DNA from: Bacillota bacterium | GTDB taxonomy: Bacteria; Bacillota; Clostridia; Oscillospirales; SIG627 | Length of the DNA: 52,092 nt | Reading direction: 5' to 3' | Assembly: GCA_029006345.1 (NCBI GenBank) | Contig: JAQXGK010000019.1 | Location: 1 to 52,092, forward strand | Shown here: in pieces, positions 47,315 through 52,092 of the stretch | Position numbering within the stretch: the stretch's first letter is position 1 | How the letters are laid out: each line of letters begins with the position of its first letter | Notes under the pieces: generated by a model | What the model was told of the DNA's origin: nothing | Seen by the model: the letters and a program-made list of their open reading frames with translations, nothing else | The model's database searches: none | Position numbers and translations under genes: made by a program

Positions 47315-48601
47315 TCACACCTTTGCGAAGTCGCTGAGAACAATCGGTTCGCCGCCGTGCGTGCGGGATTGCTCTGCCGCGAGCGCCATTACATGGCTTT
47401 CGACCGAGGCGTCCACCGAGGTGAGTGCGTCGCCGGTGATATCGCCGCCGATAAGCTCGCAGACATAATCCATCATTTTTGCATCTCCGCCGCCGTGACC
47501 TGCGAAGCGGTCTGTCAGCGGATCAAGCTCGACCTTTTCGACCGGCTGACCGAAGCGGCGGATGTAAAATACATTTTCATCCATATTGCCTTCGATTTCG
47601 CCGTGGGAGCCCATTATCTTGATGTAGCGGTAGCAGTCGTGAGTAAAGGCGCTGACGGTAAAGGAGGCAGTTGTGCCGCCTTCAAACTCCATGTTGACCG
47701 TTTGGTGGTCAGCAACGTCATTGTCGCAGTGATATACGCATCTGCCGTAGGGGCCTTCCTTCATGGCCTTGTAGAGGTTTTCTCTTGTCGGGTCGTCTGT
47801 CAGTACGGTGAGCGGCCAGCCGTCATTGCCGCCGTTTAAGCCGCTTCGTTCGTTTGAAATATAGATTTTTTCGCAGTCATAGGGGCACTCGTCCTTGCAC
47901 TTGCAGCCGCCGAGACAGAAGGATGTTGAACCCTCGGGAGCGTTTTCGCTCTTGAACCAATCGAGGCTTCCGAGTGAGGTTACACGTGTGCACGGCTTGC
48001 CGATAAGCCAACGGATGATGTCCATATCGTGACAGCTCTTTGCAAGGATTACCGGGCTCGACTCATCGAGTCTGCGCCAGTTGCCGCGGACATACGAGTG
48101 AGCAAAATGCCAGTACGCCACGTTTTCGATTGCATCGACGGTCTCTATTTTTCCGATGACGCCTTCGTCGAGCAGTTTTTTGATCGACTGATAGAACTGC
48201 GTGTAGCGAAGGACATGGCAAACTACAACAACGCGGTTACATTCGTGCGCTTTTTTCTGAAGCTTGATACATTCCTCAAGGCTGGGGGAAATGGGCTTTT
48301 CCAACAGTATGTGGTAGCCATTTTCGAGTGCGGGAACGGCGTAGCAGACATGCTCGGCGTCCTGAGTGGCGATAATCATTACATCGGCGAGGCGCGGCTG
48401 TGCGAGCAGCTCCTCGGCGGAGGTGAAAATATTCTCCTCCGGCACGCCGTAATCCTTACGGGCCATTTCGCGCTTGGCGGCATTGGGCTCGGCCACTGCG
48501 ACAACCTTCATTTTTTCGGGATGTATTTTCTGAAAGCTTGAATACGCCTCTCTGCCTCTGATTCCGAAGCCGATGACGGCAAATGTGACTTGCTTTGACA
48601 T
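47315..48601 (-). CDS. Gfo/Idh/MocA family oxidoreductase
   Basis: IGFGIRG, LLEKP, CHVLRY, HSYVRGNW, KSCHDMD, GHGGGD. Confidence 0.92.
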   Translation of the reverse strand: MSKQVTFAVIGFGIRGREAYSSFQKIHPEKMKVVAVAEPNAAKREMARKDYGVPEENIFTSAEELLAQPRLADVMIIATQDAEHVCYAVPALENGYHILLEKPISPSLEECIKLQKKAHECNRVVVVCHVLRYTQFYQSIKKLLDEGVIGKIETVDAIENVAYWHFAHSYVRGNWRRLDESSPVILAKSCHDMDIIRWLIGKPCTRVTSLGSLDWFKSENAPEGSTSFCLGGCKCKDECPYDCEKIYISNERSGLNGGNDGWPLTVLTDDPTRENLYKAMKEGPYGRCVYHCDNDVADHQTVNMEFEGGTTASFTVSAFTHDCYRYIKIMGSHGEIEGNMDENVFYIRRFGQPVEKVELDPLTDRFAGHGGGDAKMMDYVCELIGGDITGDALTSVDASVESHVMALAAEQSRTHGGEPIVLSDFAKV

Positions 48602-48671
48602 TTATTTATACCTTTCCTTTGCTGACGCATTTTTCCTCTATATTATAAGAGCGGCTGACGCGCTTGTCAAC

Positions 48672-49175
48672 TCAATATGTGGCTATTTCAAGCGAAGTGT
48701 CGTCCTCGCCCTTTTCGATTTTGCGGATCTCCACAAAGTAGCTTACCGTATCGTTGACGGTCACCTTTACCCGGTCGCCTACCTTGTGACCCATGAGCGC
48801 TCTGCCCACCGGAGATTCCTTGCTTATGAGCGAACGGAGCGCGTCGCACCTGAGAGTGGTGACCAGGGTGTAGACCTCCTCGACCTTTTCGTCCTCTATA
48901 AATACCGTTACGCGGTCGAAAAGTCCCACCTCGTCGTCGGCGCTCTCGGCATCTATTACCACGGCGCTGTCAATCATTCTCTTTAAATAATTGACTCTGC
49001 TGTAATTGCGGTTAAGCTCGCTTTTTGCTATTTTGTACTCGTAGTTTTCGCTCAGGTCGCCGTGGGCTCTGGCGCGGGCAAGCTCCTCCTTGAGCTTGGG
49101 AGCAAGGGTACACATCCGGTACTCTATTTCCTCCTGCATTTTTTGTATATCGACCTTTGTAAGCTCGTCGTTCAC
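48672..49175 (-). CDS. greA: GreA/GreB family transcription elongation factor
   Basis: ARAHGDLSENYEY, ISKESPVGRALMG; TTGCAA-17-TATAAT promoter. Confidence 0.88.
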   Translation of the reverse strand: MNDELTKVDIQKMQEEIEYRMCTLAPKLKEELARARAHGDLSENYEYKIAKSELNRNYSRVNYLKRMIDSAVVIDAESADDEVGLFDRVTVFIEDEKVEEVYTLVTTLRCDALRSLISKESPVGRALMGHKVGDRVKVTVNDTVSYFVEIRKIEKGEDDTSLEIATY

Positions 49176-49295
49176 GGTTTTTCACTCCGATTTCTTTGTA
49201 TTTTCTGTATTATAGACTTAAAAAACTGGGGTTGCAAGCTCCCACCGCAAAAAATATAGTTTTCTCTCCCTTGAGACAAAACGGTAAAGCATGCG

Positions 49296-50381
49296 TCAGA
49301 GAGCGGCGTATTTTGCAACGGTTTTCTCCATAGCGGGAAGCTTCTCCAGCATATCGCCCGCAAGCTTGAGCTGACAGCGGGCACGGCAGAGATTGTGCAG
49401 AGGGTACGATATTTTGTAGTATTTGTCACCGGTCAGGTAATCGTCCAGGAATCTGACAGCCTGTTCGACGGTTACGCAAAAGGCGCCCTGGGCGAGCGTG
49501 TCGATTTCGGTTTTGGTCAGTCCCGAGCGGGTCTCGGAGACAAAGCCCTTTGCATACGCTTCAAATTTAGCGATATCGAGCGACACGATACTCAGGTCGC
49601 GCTCGTCCTCGGAGGCTGTGCCGGCGGCGGAACGAACGGTGTCACCGAAGTCGTATGCCGCCATTCCGGGCATTACGGTATCCAGGTCGATCACAGTGAG
49701 CGGAAGACGGGTATTTTTATCGAAGAGAACATTGCTTATCTTGGTATCGTTGTGCGTTACTCTTGTCGGAATGGCGCCTGACAGGGTCATTTTGCAAAGC
49801 TCGGTTGCCTTTTCGCGTACAGAGGAAATAAAATCGAGTTCCCGCACCACCTCTGCCGCTCTTCCCATCGGGTCGGACGAGGCGTGCTCAAACAGCGTTT
49901 CCATGCGGGCGACGGTATTGTGAAACCCGGGAATGGTTTCACAGAGCACAGAGGCGTCGAAATCCGACAGCATATTCTGAAAACGGCCGAAGGCTCTGCC
50001 GGCGTTTTCGAGTACGGCGATATCGTCGCAGGTGTTGAAGGTCACGGCGTCGAGATAATTCCTCAGCCGCCAGAACGAGCCGTTTTTATCTATATAGTAA
50101 TTTTTGCCGTCTGCCGTGTGATGAAAGTGAAGATTGCAGCCGTCGGGATTCTTTTTCATTATATGGGCGGTCACCAGGTCTATATTGCCCATGACCTGCT
50201 CGGGACGGGCGAAAACAAAGCTGTTTATCTGCTGTAAAAGATAGGATTTCCCGCTTGTAAAATTCACCTTGAAGGTTTTGTTGATTATACCGTCGATCAG
50301 CGTTTCAACCGAGTCGAGCGACGACTCTATCCTGAATTTTTCACAGATTTCTGCGAGCTGTCCGCCGTATGGTTTGCTCAT
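49296..50381 (-). CDS. APH-fold phosphotransferase (N-acetylhexosamine 1-kinase-like)
   Basis: GIINKTF, ETIPGFH, THNDTKISN, IDLDTVMPG, YDFGD, RFLDDYL. Confidence 0.85.
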   Translation of the reverse strand: MSKPYGGQLAEICEKFRIESSLDSVETLIDGIINKTFKVNFTSGKSYLLQQINSFVFARPEQVMGNIDLVTAHIMKKNPDGCNLHFHHTADGKNYYIDKNGSFWRLRNYLDAVTFNTCDDIAVLENAGRAFGRFQNMLSDFDASVLCETIPGFHNTVARMETLFEHASSDPMGRAAEVVRELDFISSVREKATELCKMTLSGAIPTRVTHNDTKISNVLFDKNTRLPLTVIDLDTVMPGMAAYDFGDTVRSAAGTASEDERDLSIVSLDIAKFEAYAKGFVSETRSGLTKTEIDTLAQGAFCVTVEQAVRFLDDYLTGDKYYKISYPLHNLCRARCQLKLAGDMLEKLPAMEKTVAKYAAL

Positions 50382-50522
50382 TTGTCCACCCTGCCTTTAT
50401 CTATTTTACTTGTCATTATATCAAGCCACGTGGGGAAATGCAACAATAAACGCGGGTAAAAGAGGCACTGTCTTTTTACCCGCGCTGTGTAACGGTGAGT
50501 TTGTTATTTGAGTCAGGCTAAG

Positions 50523-51248
50523 TTATTTGATGCCTACAAATTCGGCGTATACTAGATATCTCTGAGTGTTTTCGGGAAAGGGATAGCAGGTAGATAAAGT
50601 CACCAGCGACTGTCCCTGCCGAATATATATATTCTGACTGTCGTCAGGGTCAATTATCTTTGTTTCCATTACCTTATATACAAGTGTTTCCCAGAAATTA
50701 GTTATATATATTTCCTCGCCGGGTTCAAGCTCGGTAATTCTTTTGAACATATATATGCCCTTATACCGTGTGTGGGCGGCAATAACGCAGTTTGTGTTTT
50801 CTCCTCCGACCGGCAGGGAGGTATTGGCGAGATACGCCGCACCCTTAGCCATATTTGCCTCGCTCGCACCGTTATAAATCGGAAGCTCAACATCAAGAGA
50901 GGGGATAGTAATGTAGCCGAGTATATCGCTGTCAATGCCGTACTCGGAAAGCGAAAAATCCGGCTGTTCATACGACAGTTGATCAATGAGCTCGCTTTGC
51001 CCGCTTAAATAAAGCCGTTCATTATAATCAAACATTGCCTTGCGCAGTTCCGGATACGCAAAGGACACGCCGTCGCCGGACTGTGCCGTTTCGGTTGGCT
51101 GAAATTTGTCTGATTTAAGCTGTTCAAATCGGTCGATTGTCCGATCGGTTTGCATATCAAAGGTTATTCTGAGGGCGATAGGATAGGAAAAGAAGCCAAG
51201 GCCGACTATCAGTATGATGGCCGCTGCTATTCTAATCAGCTTTCTCAT
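50523..51248 (-). CDS. Class C sortase
   Basis: N-terminal TM; SLPVGG, IAAH, TLSTCYP-x6-R; ATG start after GGAGG. Confidence 0.9.
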   Translation of the reverse strand: MRKLIRIAAAIILIVGLGFFSYPIALRITFDMQTDRTIDRFEQLKSDKFQPTETAQSGDGVSFAYPELRKAMFDYNERLYLSGQSELIDQLSYEQPDFSLSEYGIDSDILGYITIPSLDVELPIYNGASEANMAKGAAYLANTSLPVGGENTNCVIAAHTRYKGIYMFKRITELEPGEEIYITNFWETLVYKVMETKIIDPDDSQNIYIRQGQSLVTLSTCYPFPENTQRYLVYAEFVGIK

Positions 51249-52089
51249 TCTTCTTCCTCCGTATAAAGGATCTGACAGCGCCTCCGAGCAACAGCATAAT
51301 AAATACAGCCGCAATGCCGATTGCCGCAAGCTTTGAATAATCCTCCCAGGTCATTTCCTTTTCGATTTCCGGTTCTGTAATAGGTTGGTCCTTGCTCTCC
51401 TCAATCCGTCTGCCGCGTACCAGAAGGCGGTGGGTATTTTTACCGTAGGGAGTGCAGGTGATTAGCGTAACAATATCTTCTCCCTCTTTTATAAACAGCG
51501 AAGAGCTGTCCTCGGGATCGACAGTCTCGATTTCATAAACCTGATAGGTCAGCGTTTCATCGAGAACATGAATACGGAAAAGGTTCCCTTCTTTAATCAG
51601 GTGCAGGTCTGTGAAAAGCCGCGCAGACGGCAGACCGCAATGTGCGGACAAAACCGCATGGGTGCTTTCGCCGCCTACGGGAAGCGAGGTGTTTTCAAGG
51701 TGTCCTACTCCTATAAGCAGAGTTTCCTCGCTCGTTCCGTGATAAATGGGAAGATATACGTCGATTGCGGGAATTTCGATATATGCCATAACTGTATCGT
51801 GCGCCAGAAGCTCGGTGTATTCTCCGTCGGTTATGGGGTAAGCGTCCGGGTCGAAGGGGTCTGTCAGTACAACGGCATTTCCAAATAGGCTTTCATTATA
51901 GCGTCTTGCCGCCTCTCTTTCCTGTGCAATGGTTTCCGGGCTGAGCTTTGACAGCTTTTCGTTGTGTTCGGTAATCGCGCGGGTGCTGTTTTTCCGGTTG
52001 AGATAATTTGAAACCGTCGGATAAAGAAAAACGGAAACTCCCGCAATGAATATTATTATTACCAGTATTGTGGGCAGGGCTTTTTTCAC
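51232..52089 (-). CDS. Class C sortase
   Basis: DPF lid, GHLENTSLPVGG, LSAH, TLITCTPYGKNTHRLLV; C-terminal TM. Confidence 0.93.
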   Translation of the reverse strand: MKKALPTILVIIIFIAGVSVFLYPTVSNYLNRKNSTRAITEHNEKLSKLSPETIAQEREAARRYNESLFGNAVVLTDPFDPDAYPITDGEYTELLAHDTVMAYIEIPAIDVYLPIYHGTSEETLLIGVGHLENTSLPVGGESTHAVLSAHCGLPSARLFTDLHLIKEGNLFRIHVLDETLTYQVYEIETVDPEDSSSLFIKEGEDIVTLITCTPYGKNTHRLLVRGRRIEESKDQPITEPEIEKEMTWEDYSKLAAIGIAAVFIMLLLGGAVRSFIRRKKNEKAD

Positions 52090-52092
52090 TCC

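Noticed and set aside
49296-50381. Aminoglycoside resistance gene
   Set aside because: Motifs HNDTK and DLDTVMPG fit the NahK-like sugar kinase branch of the APH fold; no mobile context

Overview
A 52 kb chromosomal segment, most likely from a spore-forming gut Clostridia (Oscillospirales/Ruminococcaceae-like; inferred from SleC, SLH domains, class C sortases, [FeFe]-hydrogenases and Firmicutes-type promoters/RBS). Most of it is housekeeping and metabolism: galU, dCMP deaminase, rimI-tsaD, an isocitrate/isopropylmalate dehydrogenase, ogg, pckG, leuA-cimA-ilvB-ilvN, htrA, an FMN riboswitch with ribU, and greA. I found no tRNA, rRNA, CRISPR array or transposase. The most interesting parts are: (1) a redox/H2-sensing block (adh, rex, PAS-containing sensory hydrogenase, phosphatase, second hydrogenase) whose two promoters share a 25-bp motif at the same distance from the -10 box, next to a LysR gene; (2) an AT-rich array of gene remnants at the left end, including an unannotated truncated paralog of the downstream gene, behind a promoter with a palindrome in place of the -35; (3) a repeat-derived in-frame insertion in ogg; (4) a degenerate DnaA-box-like cluster with no dnaA in the window; (5) a perfect 30-bp palindrome at the transcription start of a DegT aminotransferase-radical SAM-MATE operon. 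All product calls come from recognising motifs by eye, not from database searches.
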